Origin: Thermodesulfobacteriota bacterium
Lineage (GTDB): Bacteria > Desulfobacterota_D > UBA1144 > Nemesobacterales > JAJCZQ01
NCBI GenBank assembly: GCA_965215275.1
Contig: OZ244044.1
Coordinates: 704,001 to 768,000, forward strand
DNA length: 64,000 bases
Direction of reading: 5' to 3'
In this document: piece by piece, positions 49,731-59,307 of the stretch
Numbering within the stretch: the stretch's first letter is position 1
Layout: every line of letters begins with the position of its first letter
The notes under the pieces: generated by a model
Databases searched by the model: none
The model's input: the letters and a program-made list of their open reading frames with translations, nothing else
What the model was told of the DNA's origin: nothing
Program-made: the position numbers and the translations under genes

Positions 49731-51986
49731 GGGAAGTATATATTTAACCATGCTAAAATAAAATATAGCCTTTGTATATTGATAGTTATTAACTAAGTAA
49801 GAGATATTATTTATCCATTTGACGTTCAGGCATGATAAAAAGTCAAATAAAAAGAGTTATGAACATGAACATCTTATTTAGAATAATACCCCCCCCCATT
49901 AAGTCAGTAATTCCCTTTTTCTTTCTTCTGTGTTTTGTATCCATTGAGACATATGGACAGATCGATAACTGTGACACCAGTACTACCGGTTTCAATGATC
50001 CCTTATACGGCTGTCAGTGGCATCTGAAAAATACAGGACAGCTTGGGGCTGTAACTACCTCTGGAGAAGATATAAACGTAGAAGGGGTCTGGGATAATGG
50101 CACGTTAGGTGCTGGAATTAACGTGGCGGTGGTAGATGACGGTATGCAGACGGGTCATGCGGACCTTACGGACAATGTAAATACCAGACTGAACCATAAT
50201 TATTCAGGAAGCGGTAATGTATACGACCCTTCAAAAGCTCGTGGTACACGTGTATCGGGAGTTATAGCAGCAGCGGGTGATAACAGCCTTGGAGTAAGAG
50301 GTGTAGCACCACAGGCAAGTATCTATGCTTATAACTTAGCTGGTAACTTCAGCGGTACCAACGCAAAGGATGCCATGGTCCGTAACAGAGATATAACGGC
50401 TGTATCCGTCAACAACTGGGGACCGGATGACACGGCTGTTCTTATAGAGGCTTCATCAGAGTGGGAAGAAGGAGTGAGAACTGGTATAAGAGAAGGGTTT
50501 GGTGGTAAAGGGGTGTTTTACGTATGGGCGGCAGGGGACGGATATGAAGGATCAGATCAGGCTAATCTTGACGAGTACTCCAACTACTACGCTGTAACTG
50601 CGGTATGTTCGGTAGATGGAGAAGGGAACAAGAGTTCTTTTTCAGAAGAAGGAGTAAATCTGTGGGTATGTGCTCCAGGTGAAGATATTACAACTACTGA
50701 TAATAACGATGGATATATTTATGATGCGAGTGGAACGGCATATTCAGCAGCGCAGGTTGCAGGTGTGGCGGCACTGATGAGAGAGGTAAACGGTGACCTT
50801 GGCTGGAGGGACATAAAGCTGATACTTGCAGCTTCAGCCCGTAAGAACGACGCTTCCGACACGGGCTGGGAGACAGGAGCACATAAATACGGTTCTGATA
50901 CAGAGAGTTATAATTATAATACTAAGTACGGTTTTGGTGTGACAGATGCTGATGCGGCAGCAGGACTTGCCGGAAGCTGGACCACTGTTCCACTGATGAG
51001 AACCCTTACTGCTTCCTCGGGTTCCATTGATACGGCAATCCCCGACCGCGATAACGAAAACAGAGTAGACGGAGAAGTTACTGACAGACTGACCATACCA
51101 GATACTTCTCTTTTTTTTACAGAGTTTGTAGAGGTTGAGCTTAATTTCTCTCACACGTTCTTACCAGAACTGGAAATACAGATAACGTCTCCTGACGGTA
51201 CTGTGTCGAAGTTTACTGAGGAATATGTAACAGCAGCTTTCAAAATTATAGACGACACTTCACTCATTATGGATGACTTTAGCTACACGAACAAAACTTA
51301 TCGTTTTGGTTCAGCTAGGCACCTTGGAGAAGCCCCTTCCGGAGAATGGGTTTTGAAGATATCTGACACTTCTCCTGACGATACAGGGACTTTACATTCC
51401 TGGAGCATTAACGTTTACGGGCATAAGGCCGTAGAAGGTACGGCACCAGGCTTTGAAGGTGAGACGATAGATAATAAGAATTATGTGACGGGCAGAGCAA
51501 TAACACCAGAGACGCTGCCTTTGGCAGCGGGAGGGGAGGGAATATTAACTTACAGCCTGTCCCCTCGTTTACCTGCTGGACTTACTTTCAGATCAGCTGA
51601 CAGAACGCTGAGCGGAACACCAACTGCTGCATCTTCTGGCAGGTATATGTATGCAGCGACGGATGAAGATGGAGATAAGGATGAGCTGAGTTTTACGATC
51701 AGGGTAAGAACCCCAGCTGGTCGGACGTCAGGTACTGACGCAGGTGGAGGAGGATGTGTGCTCTCCGATCAGAACGAAGCTATTTCTGATCTGTCCGGAG
51801 CAGTGGCATCTCTGATGCTGATACCTGTATCTGTAGCGATCAGAAGAAGGATAAGGTCTCTCGGATAAAGACCTAGTAATTCACTCCTTTCCAGGACACT
51901 TAACTAACTGATATCTTTCCGTCAGATCTGATGTTGTTAAAAAACATCGTCTTTGTTCATTCAGCATAGCTGCCTGTATAATTTCC
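49731..51986 (+). mobile_element. Degenerate TIR-bounded cassette carrying the subtilase-like gene
   Basis: Left GGGAAGTATATATTTAACCATGCTAAA; right reverse complement GGAAATTATACAGGCAGCTATGCTGAA (18/27). Flanks AAATATAA and AAAGACAA (6/8). Confidence 0.55.
49832..51868 (+). CDS. Secreted S8 subtilase-like (catalytically degenerate) + P domain + one Ig repeat + GGGGC-TM-basic anchor
   Basis: Signal-peptide-like FFFLLCFVSIETYG, NDPLYGCQWHL, VAVVDDG, YGFG, GTLHSWS; close paralog of 13747-17119. Confidence 0.85.
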   Translation: MIKSQIKRVMNMNILFRIIPPPIKSVIPFFFLLCFVSIETYGQIDNCDTSTTGFNDPLYGCQWHLKNTGQLGAVTTSGEDINVEGVWDNGTLGAGINVAVVDDGMQTGHADLTDNVNTRLNHNYSGSGNVYDPSKARGTRVSGVIAAAGDNSLGVRGVAPQASIYAYNLAGNFSGTNAKDAMVRNRDITAVSVNNWGPDDTAVLIEASSEWEEGVRTGIREGFGGKGVFYVWAAGDGYEGSDQANLDEYSNYYAVTAVCSVDGEGNKSSFSEEGVNLWVCAPGEDITTTDNNDGYIYDASGTAYSAAQVAGVAALMREVNGDLGWRDIKLILAASARKNDASDTGWETGAHKYGSDTESYNYNTKYGFGVTDADAAAGLAGSWTTVPLMRTLTASSGSIDTAIPDRDNENRVDGEVTDRLTIPDTSLFFTEFVEVELNFSHTFLPELEIQITSPDGTVSKFTEEYVTAAFKIIDDTSLIMDDFSYTNKTYRFGSARHLGEAPSGEWVLKISDTSPDDTGTLHSWSINVYGHKAVEGTAPGFEGETIDNKNYVTGRAITPETLPLAAGGEGILTYSLSPRLPAGLTFRSADRTLSGTPTAASSGRYMYAATDEDGDKDELSFTIRVRTPAGRTSGTDAGGGGCVLSDQNEAISDLSGAVASLMLIPVSVAIRRRIRSLG

Positions 51987-52006
51987 AAAGACAAAGGTCC
52001 TGTAGA

Positions 52007-52678
52007 TCATTTCGTTATTTCAAATAAGATCGGGAGCGTTACCCATCCCGATATGACTGGTCTGTTCCCTGTCTTCTTCGTGACACTTTTACATCTTTTA
52101 ATAGCACGAACGGCAAACCGGTCAAGGGAATAATGTCCAGACGACCGTACGACCCTGACCTCACTTGCCTTACCGGAACTCAGTATATTGATGTTCAGTA
52201 CCACTCTGCCTTCATAATTCCTGCGCTCTAAAAACCTGATATACCTATTTTCTATTTTCTTTTTGCAGTGCTTACTGAGGTTCCCATGATACGTTATACG
52301 TCTGGGTTGAGTACTGACTTTTGTATTACTTGTTTTAACTTTTTTAGGCTTGTATTTAACAGTTCTTTTTGGCTTGGGCTTAACGGTTTTTTTCGGTTTG
52401 GGTTTTACAACCTGTTTTGGTTTTGTCTCTACGATGGTTTTATCAACCTCTGCCGGAACCACTGGGATCTCTTCCACGACCGGTTCTGGTTCGGGTTCGG
52501 GTTCCGGCTCGGGTTCTGGTTCAATTTCTGATATTGTCACGGGTTCACTAAAATCGGTCAGTGGAATATACCTTATAGTCTTCTTTTGCCAGACAGACAT
52601 TATCAGAACGACAGATGCGGTATTAATTATCAGTGAACACAAGAGAGATAAAGTAAATATTGATTTTATAATACTCAT
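52007..52678 (-). CDS. TonB-family energy transducer (start placed at ATG 52678; the longer ORF overlaps tRNA-Leu)
   Basis: N-terminal TM, (EP)n and KPK repeats, C-terminal EGRV.....G...V.RSSG...LD..A. Confidence 0.85.
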   Translation of the reverse strand: MSIIKSIFTLSLLCSLIINTASVVLIMSVWQKKTIRYIPLTDFSEPVTISEIEPEPEPEPEPEPEPVVEEIPVVPAEVDKTIVETKPKQVVKPKPKKTVKPKPKRTVKYKPKKVKTSNTKVSTQPRRITYHGNLSKHCKKKIENRYIRFLERRNYEGRVVLNINILSSGKASEVRVVRSSGHYSLDRFAVRAIKRCKSVTKKTGNRPVISGWVTLPILFEITK

Positions 52679-52700
52679 TATAAAAGCCAGTAACACAACG

Positions 52701-52782
52701 TGCGAGAGGGGAGACTTGAACTCCCACACCTTGCGGTACTAGATCCTAAGTCTAGCGCGTCTGCCAATTCCGCCACTCTCGC
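52701..52782 (-). tRNA. tRNA-Leu(TAG)
   Basis: GCGAGAG acceptor, GGCGGAATTGGCAGAC D-arm, anticodon loop CTTAGGA, variable arm, GTTCAAGTC. Confidence 0.95.
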
Positions 52783-52845
52783 AATTCACAAAGCATTTAC
52801 AGATAAAACCATTATATCTTAAAATAACCAGTTTTATCTTACGAA

Positions 52846-52919
52846 TGGGCTGTGTAGGATTCGAACCTACGACCGACTGATTAAGAGTCAGCTGCTCTAC
52901 CGGACTGAGCTAACAGCCC
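52846..52919 (-). tRNA. tRNA-Lys(CTT)
   Basis: GGGCTGT acceptor, anticodon loop CTCTTAA, GGTTCGAATCC. Confidence 0.95.
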
Positions 52920-53004
52920 TTCAGACTTTGTGAAAGTATAAGATAAAGAAATCCCTTTACAAATACAAATAAATGCTTACTTTGATTTATGTGAGGATAC
53001 GACA

Positions 53005-53235
53005 ATGGAGAAACACAGTACATTTACGGCAGTTCAGACAAACGAAGGTTTTCAGGTCATGCTCAACGGTTCTGAAAAAAAGACGCTTGAGTTAACTTTT
53101 GACGATGTAAATCAATTTGCCTACAAGTATGGATTAGCCCAGCTCAACGGTAAAGAGATTGAAATGAACGAAAAGAACCAGCTTATGCTTTCAATATTAT
53201 CAATGCTCATGATCTCTGACCAAACGGTGCATTGA
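53005..53235 (+). CDS. Small hypothetical protein
   Basis: 76-aa ORF with RBS-like GAGGA upstream. Confidence 0.5.
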   Translation: MEKHSTFTAVQTNEGFQVMLNGSEKKTLELTFDDVNQFAYKYGLAQLNGKEIEMNEKNQLMLSILSMLMISDQTVH

Positions 53236-53567
53236 AACTGGTCTTGATGATTTACAGATAAAGGGTAAAGACAGTAATCACTACCTTAACACAGCAACTT
53301 TGGGAACTCTTTACATCTTTTGTTTACGTGTTAGCGTGGTCTTTTGCAAGCTACGGTCTCCTGAAGTATTGCTTACTGGGAACAGATCACTAAGCAATAT
53401 AACCAGAAAAGATAATAATATGGGGAGCTGGACTTGTCAGTTCGCAAAATTTCGTATATCTACTGTTTAAGAACAGAGGACTATGGAAAGACGGCTGAGC
53501 TGAACTTCAGGGTTGATCTAAATCTACAAAAAAGAACATACTGGTTTCTGAAGGTTTAAAAGAAGTT

Positions 53568-54335
53568 ATGTTGATAAGAAAGTTTTTTTGTGCAGCACTC
53601 ATGTTGTTTTTATTCTCCTTACCTGAGTCAAGTTATTCAGCCAGCTATAAGCCCGAAAAAAAAGTCCCTAAAAACTGGGAAATTTCTGCAGGTGTTTCCT
53701 TTTCAGGTTCCCAGGGCAACACTGACAAAACCGATATCGGAGCAGATCTTGATTACAGATTTGATGACGTTAAAAACAAACTTGAAAATAAAAACGAGTA
53801 CAGGTTCAGCAAGACCGATGGAGAAACAGATCAGGATTTCTGGAACTCCACACTGTATTACTTTCGCCAGATCAACAACAACGACCCTCAATTACCAATT
53901 TTCCTGGATCTCGGTGCTTTTGTGGAGAGAGATGAAATTGAACAGATATCACTTAAATACGGACTCGGAAGTGGACTTTCAACTACCTTCCCTGTTTTTA
54001 CAAGTCTGGAAGCGCTTCCAAGCTTTGAAGTTGCCTGGGAAAGAGAAGACGGAATTGGCACTCCACCGGAGGATTTTATCACTCTGCGTTTCGGTGTCGG
54101 TATTAACACTAAAATCGGGACGGACCCGAAATTAGGTTTTTCATCGGTTTTCATTCTTCCGGCAAACGAGACGAGCAATTATCGCAGCGAATCCAGATTT
54201 TCGCTGGAATTTCCCGTCTATAAAGCTGCCAGTCTGAAACTCTCTCTTGCTCTTGATTTTGACAACCAGCCAATAAGTGAGGAGGTCAAAAAGACCGATC
54301 TCAGATATAAGACTTCTCTGAACGTTTCTTTCTGA
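53568..54335 (+). CDS. DUF481/YdiY-like outer-membrane beta-barrel
   Basis: Signal peptide, SQGNTD, alternating beta-strand pattern, C-terminal Phe. Confidence 0.75.
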   Translation: MLIRKFFCAALMLFLFSLPESSYSASYKPEKKVPKNWEISAGVSFSGSQGNTDKTDIGADLDYRFDDVKNKLENKNEYRFSKTDGETDQDFWNSTLYYFRQINNNDPQLPIFLDLGAFVERDEIEQISLKYGLGSGLSTTFPVFTSLEALPSFEVAWEREDGIGTPPEDFITLRFGVGINTKIGTDPKLGFSSVFILPANETSNYRSESRFSLEFPVYKAASLKLSLALDFDNQPISEEVKKTDLRYKTSLNVSF

Positions 54336-54534
54336 TAACCGTTGTTAATCCTCCATTTAGTAGTAAATCCACCAAATATCATCATTTCACAGTCCTACAT
54401 GTAAAAGAAAGAGTAAGCAGCATAAACTGAACAATCAGTTATTGATTGAATACTGAAAAGATGTTAATTTATATTAGATTAATGCACTAATTCTACGCTG
54501 TTTGTAGCTGGCGCTTCACAGGACAGGAACAATA

Positions 54535-55923
54535 ATGATAGCTGAAAGCAATACAACTAAAGAAATAGGAGAACCACCTTATTGCTATGAAGAATCACAG
54601 ACCCCTCTTCTGAAGGAGCTATCGGAGCGCGTGAAAAAGATGCGACAGGCAGGAAGTCTGACATCAGAAGCGCTAGACAAAATAAGAAAATTTTTTCGGA
54701 TCAAGAGTATCTACCACTCAAATGCCATTGAAGGAAATATACTCAATGTTGGAGAAACGAGACAAGTAGTTGAACACGGCTTAACCATAACGGGAAAACC
54801 ACTAAAAGATCAAGCAGAAGCAAAGAACCTCAAGGAGGCGCTTGATTTCCTGGAAGATCTAGCAGCATCTCCTGATAAATCTATTATTGAATATGACATA
54901 AGACAAATACACCGTCTAGTACTTAAAGGAATAGATGATGAAAACGCGGGAAAATATAGAAACGTTACAGTAGAGATCTCAGGTTCGGAGTTTAAACCAC
55001 CTTCTCCAGAATCTGTCCCACCGCAAATGGAGGAGTTTGGAAAGTGGTTGTCGTCTGTTTCTTGCGTAAATAACAATTATGGGATACTTGATGCAATTAT
55101 CTATGCTGCCGCTGCACACACATGGTTTGTTTCTATCCATCCGTTCATAGATGGAAACGGACGAGTAGCAAGACTAATAATGAATCTTTTTCTGATGCGA
55201 TATGGCTATCCCATTGCAATTATCACAAAGGAAGACCGATTAAGATATTATGATGCCTTGGAAATTTCGCAATCATCAGATTTGTCTCCTTTTATCGCTC
55301 TTGTCGCGGAGTGCATAAATGAAAGTCTGGACGAATATGAAGAAGCAGTCAAAGAACAAAGGGAACAACAAGAATGGGCAGCAGTATTAGCGGCGAGATT
55401 GTCACAAAAAGAAACAATCCAAGCCAAGAACGAATATGAAGTCTGGAAAAGTGCAATGGAACTGCTTCGGAGTTACTTTCGTCAAACAGCAGAGTTGATT
55501 AACAAGGCAGGAGCAATCGTACGAATATCTTTTAGAGATTTTGGTGTCTTGGAGTATGAAAAATACCTTAGCCTAAAACTCGGCGAATCTGCCAAGAAAA
55601 CATGGTTTTTTCGAGTTGACTTTGTCAGTGGTGAAAGATCGGTTCGTTATCTCTTCTTCTTTAACTCAAGGAGTTGGAGACTTAAAGATAAAGCGAATGT
55701 GACACTTCACTTGTCCCGTGAAGAACCACCAAAGTCATTTAATTATGAAAGGCTTGAGAACATTACTGCTCCAAACGTTCCAAGCATAGTTGAGATAGGG
55801 TATCTGACCGACGCGGAACGATTTATTGCAAGGGGAAAAAATGGCAGGGCAAAACGGGATAAAATAGAAAATATCGGGAAGAAATTTTATGAAGATGTTG
55901 TTTCCCGGCACTTCCAAGAGTAG
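54535..55923 (+). CDS. Fic-domain protein with uncharacterised C-terminal domain
   Basis: SNAIEGN inhibitory helix and canonical HPFIDGNGRVAR motif. Confidence 0.9.
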   Translation: MIAESNTTKEIGEPPYCYEESQTPLLKELSERVKKMRQAGSLTSEALDKIRKFFRIKSIYHSNAIEGNILNVGETRQVVEHGLTITGKPLKDQAEAKNLKEALDFLEDLAASPDKSIIEYDIRQIHRLVLKGIDDENAGKYRNVTVEISGSEFKPPSPESVPPQMEEFGKWLSSVSCVNNNYGILDAIIYAAAAHTWFVSIHPFIDGNGRVARLIMNLFLMRYGYPIAIITKEDRLRYYDALEISQSSDLSPFIALVAECINESLDEYEEAVKEQREQQEWAAVLAARLSQKETIQAKNEYEVWKSAMELLRSYFRQTAELINKAGAIVRISFRDFGVLEYEKYLSLKLGESAKKTWFFRVDFVSGERSVRYLFFFNSRSWRLKDKANVTLHLSREEPPKSFNYERLENITAPNVPSIVEIGYLTDAERFIARGKNGRAKRDKIENIGKKFYEDVVSRHFQE

Positions 55924-56319
55924 TTGTTAAACGCTACGCCTACAATGCTTTAATGATGACGACGCCGAGGAATTTTACCGGTCCATATCGGTCACCTTTG
56001 CCGACAAGAAAAAGTTCAGTTTTTATGAAGTCAAAACGCCCAAAACCCTAACTGCACCACAACCGCGTGCAAATATATAAAAAGAAAATATCATCAGAGA
56101 AGAAAGTACTCAAGAACGATACACCTATATTATAGGCGAAAGCGCCAAGGTTAAGAATTGAGAAAAGAAGTCAAACGGTCTACACGACACATCCAAGCTG
56201 ATACAAGTTTCAGTAATGAAGCGATAAAACTCATTCCAAAAAGACCACTCAAGCGCTGCGGTCTTTGAGGAAAAAACAGTAAGATATACACTATAGAAAA
56301 TCAGCCGAGAGCATCCACC

Positions 56320-57036
56320 ATGCAGCCATACGACATCATTGGAAAATTTTACGATGAAATAATGGGCGATCAGTCAGAGACCGCAAAACTGATAGGAAAG
56401 CTCATAGAAAACCGCAATAAAAACGCCCGTTCCCTCCTTGAAGTCGCGTGTGGTACCGGCACTCTGATGAAGCACCTATGTAAACGCTATGAAGTCGTGG
56501 GTGTGGATATTTCCCCAAACATGCTGGCAATGGCACACCACAAGTTCCGCCACGTTACGCTGTATCAGAACAGTATGACGGACTTCGCCCTGGATCAGAA
56601 ATTTGACGTGATAATCTGCATGAACGATTCCATAAATCATCTTTTAAAATTCTCCGAGTGGAAAAGAACGTTCTCAAACGTAAAAAGGCATTTAAACAAA
56701 AAAGGTATATTCATATTCGATATAAACACGGAACATAAACTAAACACGCTGTCAAAGCAGCCTCCAATAGTTCATGAATTTGGAAAGAACTTGCTGGTAA
56801 CGAGCGTCGTCCGGTCAAGGTCAATATATAACTGGCATCTGAGGATATTTGAGCACTTAAGAAAGGACAGGTACATAGAGCATGAGGAAACGCTTTATGA
56901 AAGGTCGTTCCCGACCCGGAAGATAAAAGATTCCCTTCGTAACTGGTTCAGGGACATAAAGGTCTTTGATCTGACAAGGTCTGGTGTTTCCCAAAAATCC
57001 GAAAGGCTTTATATAGTTGCAACAGGAAGAAATTAA
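56320..57036 (+). CDS. Class I SAM-dependent methyltransferase
   Basis: LLEVACGTG, GVDISPNML, FDVI, GIFIFD. Confidence 0.88.
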   Translation: MQPYDIIGKFYDEIMGDQSETAKLIGKLIENRNKNARSLLEVACGTGTLMKHLCKRYEVVGVDISPNMLAMAHHKFRHVTLYQNSMTDFALDQKFDVIICMNDSINHLLKFSEWKRTFSNVKRHLNKKGIFIFDINTEHKLNTLSKQPPIVHEFGKNLLVTSVVRSRSIYNWHLRIFEHLRKDRYIEHEETLYERSFPTRKIKDSLRNWFRDIKVFDLTRSGVSQKSERLYIVATGRN

Positions 57037-57059
57037 CGTTGATCCCGCCATGACCGGTC

Positions 57060-58256
57060 TTAATCCCTGTACGGATCAAACTCATTTTCACCAGCCATTA
57101 CAACTCCGAGCGGCTTTAATGTGTGAAGTATCTTTATAGTATTTTTATGTTCATTCAGAACGTCGCTCAGCCTTCTGTAAACGTGAGGTGATTCATCTCT
57201 TCCTCCACCTCTGAGCTTTACCTTCTTCTGCTTTAGCCAATCTTCCATCATCTCCCAGGTAACTTTTCCCTCTCCTGCGGCCTCTTTATAATACTTCTTC
57301 GTACGCGGGTGCTTTTTCCTTCTATACTTCCCTTTTGCCTCCATTCTTCCCATAACGCGGCCCGCTCCGTGCACCGTTGAATACAAGGTACGTGAACTTT
57401 CCTCGGATTCGGTTCCCTCAACGATAACCGAGTTATCACCCATACTGCCTCCCACAAATCCCTTCTGGCCCGGAAAAGCAGGCGTTGCACCCTTTCTTAC
57501 GACCATATATTTCTTTCCTCCGTGCATCTCCTCCCACGCATAGTTATGATGGTTATGCACTTCAAACACGGGTCCTGCTCCAAGACGTCCCGTTACCTTG
57601 CTGATCACCCACTTTCTTCCCGCGTAGGCATACTCCCCCGCGAGCTTCATTGCAGTATAGTACCTCTCCCCCAGATCGGACCTGATATCCAGCAGGACCT
57701 CCTTTTCTCCCGCTCTTCTGTCCCATTTGCCGTTCAGCGCAAGGTTCATAAACCCGGTCGCGGTCCTGTGACCCAAGCCGCGACTTCCAAAATGCACACC
57801 TATCCAGACGTTTTCCTTCTCATCTTCAAATATATCAACATAGTGGTTTCCGCCGCCAACCGTACCAAGCTGGTCCCTTGCCAGCATGCGCAGGTCCTCA
57901 CGAACGCTTCTATCATAAGCCAGCCATGGGCCGCGGTCGTCAAATATCTCATGGTCGACCTTGTCCCTGTTCTTTTTTCCTATTCCAAATGAAATACTGC
58001 TCTGTATCCAGTCAAGAACGTTATCAAGGTCACCCTTTATTTCCTCACTTTTCATATCGAGCATTACCGCCATGTTCCCGCAGGCTATATCATAGCCTAC
58101 CCCCGACGGTGTAATAACGCCTTCATAAGCCGCCACTCCACCGATCGGCATTACGTATCCGACGTGACCATCGGCCATCAGGACCCCTTTTTCTGCGTTT
58201 TCCATGACCCTGCCGAACTGATCTATCGTTTTCTGAGCGTGCTTACCGTAAATCAT
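57060..58256 (-). CDS. rtcB: RtcB-family RNA ligase
   Basis: MADGH.GY..PIG, GYDIACG, LGTVGGGNHY, HFGSRG, HHNY, RKGATPA, HGAGR, DESP..Y. Confidence 0.92.
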   Translation of the reverse strand: MIYGKHAQKTIDQFGRVMENAEKGVLMADGHVGYVMPIGGVAAYEGVITPSGVGYDIACGNMAVMLDMKSEEIKGDLDNVLDWIQSSISFGIGKKNRDKVDHEIFDDRGPWLAYDRSVREDLRMLARDQLGTVGGGNHYVDIFEDEKENVWIGVHFGSRGLGHRTATGFMNLALNGKWDRRAGEKEVLLDIRSDLGERYYTAMKLAGEYAYAGRKWVISKVTGRLGAGPVFEVHNHHNYAWEEMHGGKKYMVVRKGATPAFPGQKGFVGGSMGDNSVIVEGTESEESSRTLYSTVHGAGRVMGRMEAKGKYRRKKHPRTKKYYKEAAGEGKVTWEMMEDWLKQKKVKLRGGGRDESPHVYRRLSDVLNEHKNTIKILHTLKPLGVVMAGENEFDPYRD

Positions 58257-58326
58257 CTCTGTATTTTAAGACCGTTAATGATATAATTTACCCTTCATAA
58301 TAACATTCTGTACAGGAGGTCGTAAA

Positions 58327-58626
58327 ATGGCATTATGGTTTGACGAAAAAGCACCTAAAATGGCAAAAGGATGGTGGGAGTTCTACAATGCATGCGAGGG
58401 AGAAGGCAAATTAGACCAGAAATCAAAAGCGATGATAGCCCTTGCCGTTGCAATTCACGGCAGATGTACCCACTGCACCGGTTCGAGGATAAAAAAAGCC
58501 CTGGCCGCGGGTTTCAGTAAAGAAGAGATCGCTGAAGCGATAATGGAAGTGGCACTTGTGGCATCCGGCACCGAAATGTTCTGGGCAAAGGACGTTTACG
58601 ATAAATATCTGCTTGAAGAAGGCTAA
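58327..58626 (+). CDS. Carboxymuconolactone decarboxylase/AhpD family protein
   Basis: LDQKSKAMIALAVA...CTHC...A..AG.S.EEI.EA; RBS AGGAGG. Confidence 0.85.
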   Translation: MALWFDEKAPKMAKGWWEFYNACEGEGKLDQKSKAMIALAVAIHGRCTHCTGSRIKKALAAGFSKEEIAEAIMEVALVASGTEMFWAKDVYDKYLLEEG

Positions 58627-58816
58627 GCAGAAAACCCGGTGACCGTCCGTATCAGGTAAAAACAGGTCAAAGACCTCAAGAACGTTCACGGGTAAGTACT
58701 TTTTTAAGTGATCAGTTTATGGTCCGGCCTGCAAGACCCATAACGGGAGTTTTGCAGCTCGTTCCGATAACCGGTCTGAAAGAACCAGCCCATCAAAAGC
58801 GGGAGTCTGTCGTTAT

Positions 58817-59293
58817 CTACTCTATATCGACAACAATAAATTCCCTTATTCCTCCGGGAGTTCTTACCTGTACGTCGTCATCTATTTCCTTACCGATCAG
58901 AGACCGTCCTAAGGGGGACGTAATGGATATCCTGCCGGCGTTCGGGTCCGATTCGTCAGCACCCACCAGCTGATATTTGCTCTTCTCTCCTGTCTCAATA
59001 TCCTCGATCACCACGCTCAGACCGAACACGACCCTGTCCCTGCTTGCTATGCGCTTGGGATCAATGACCTCCGCCAGTGCCAGTTTCGTTTCGATCTCCC
59101 GTATCCTGCCTTCTATAAAGGACTGCTTGTCCTTGGCCGTTTCGTACTCCGCGTTCTCGGAAAGGTCTCCCAGCGACCTGGCGTATTCTATCGATTTGAT
59201 GACCTCATGTCTGTCAACCGTTTTCAGTTTCTGCAGTTCGGTCTGCAGGTTCTTGTAACCCTCTGGCGTCATTGGCACTCTACTTCCCGACAT
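58817..59293 (-). CDS. greA: Transcription elongation factor GreA
   Basis: GDLSENAEY, ISITSPLGRSLIGK. Confidence 0.96.
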   Translation of the reverse strand: MSGSRVPMTPEGYKNLQTELQKLKTVDRHEVIKSIEYARSLGDLSENAEYETAKDKQSFIEGRIREIETKLALAEVIDPKRIASRDRVVFGLSVVIEDIETGEKSKYQLVGADESDPNAGRISITSPLGRSLIGKEIDDDVQVRTPGGIREFIVVDIE

Positions 59294-59307
59294 AACCCTG
59301 TCCTCCG

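Noticed and set aside
52679..52729. N-terminal extension of the TonB ORF as given in the track
   Set aside because: It overlaps tRNA-Leu; ATG 52678 is the plausible start.
57060..58256. RtcB as part of a novel RNA-repair or defence module with Fic and the methyltransferase
   Set aside because: The genes are on opposite strands, rtcB has core-like composition, and no rtcA, rtcR or Ro partner is visible.
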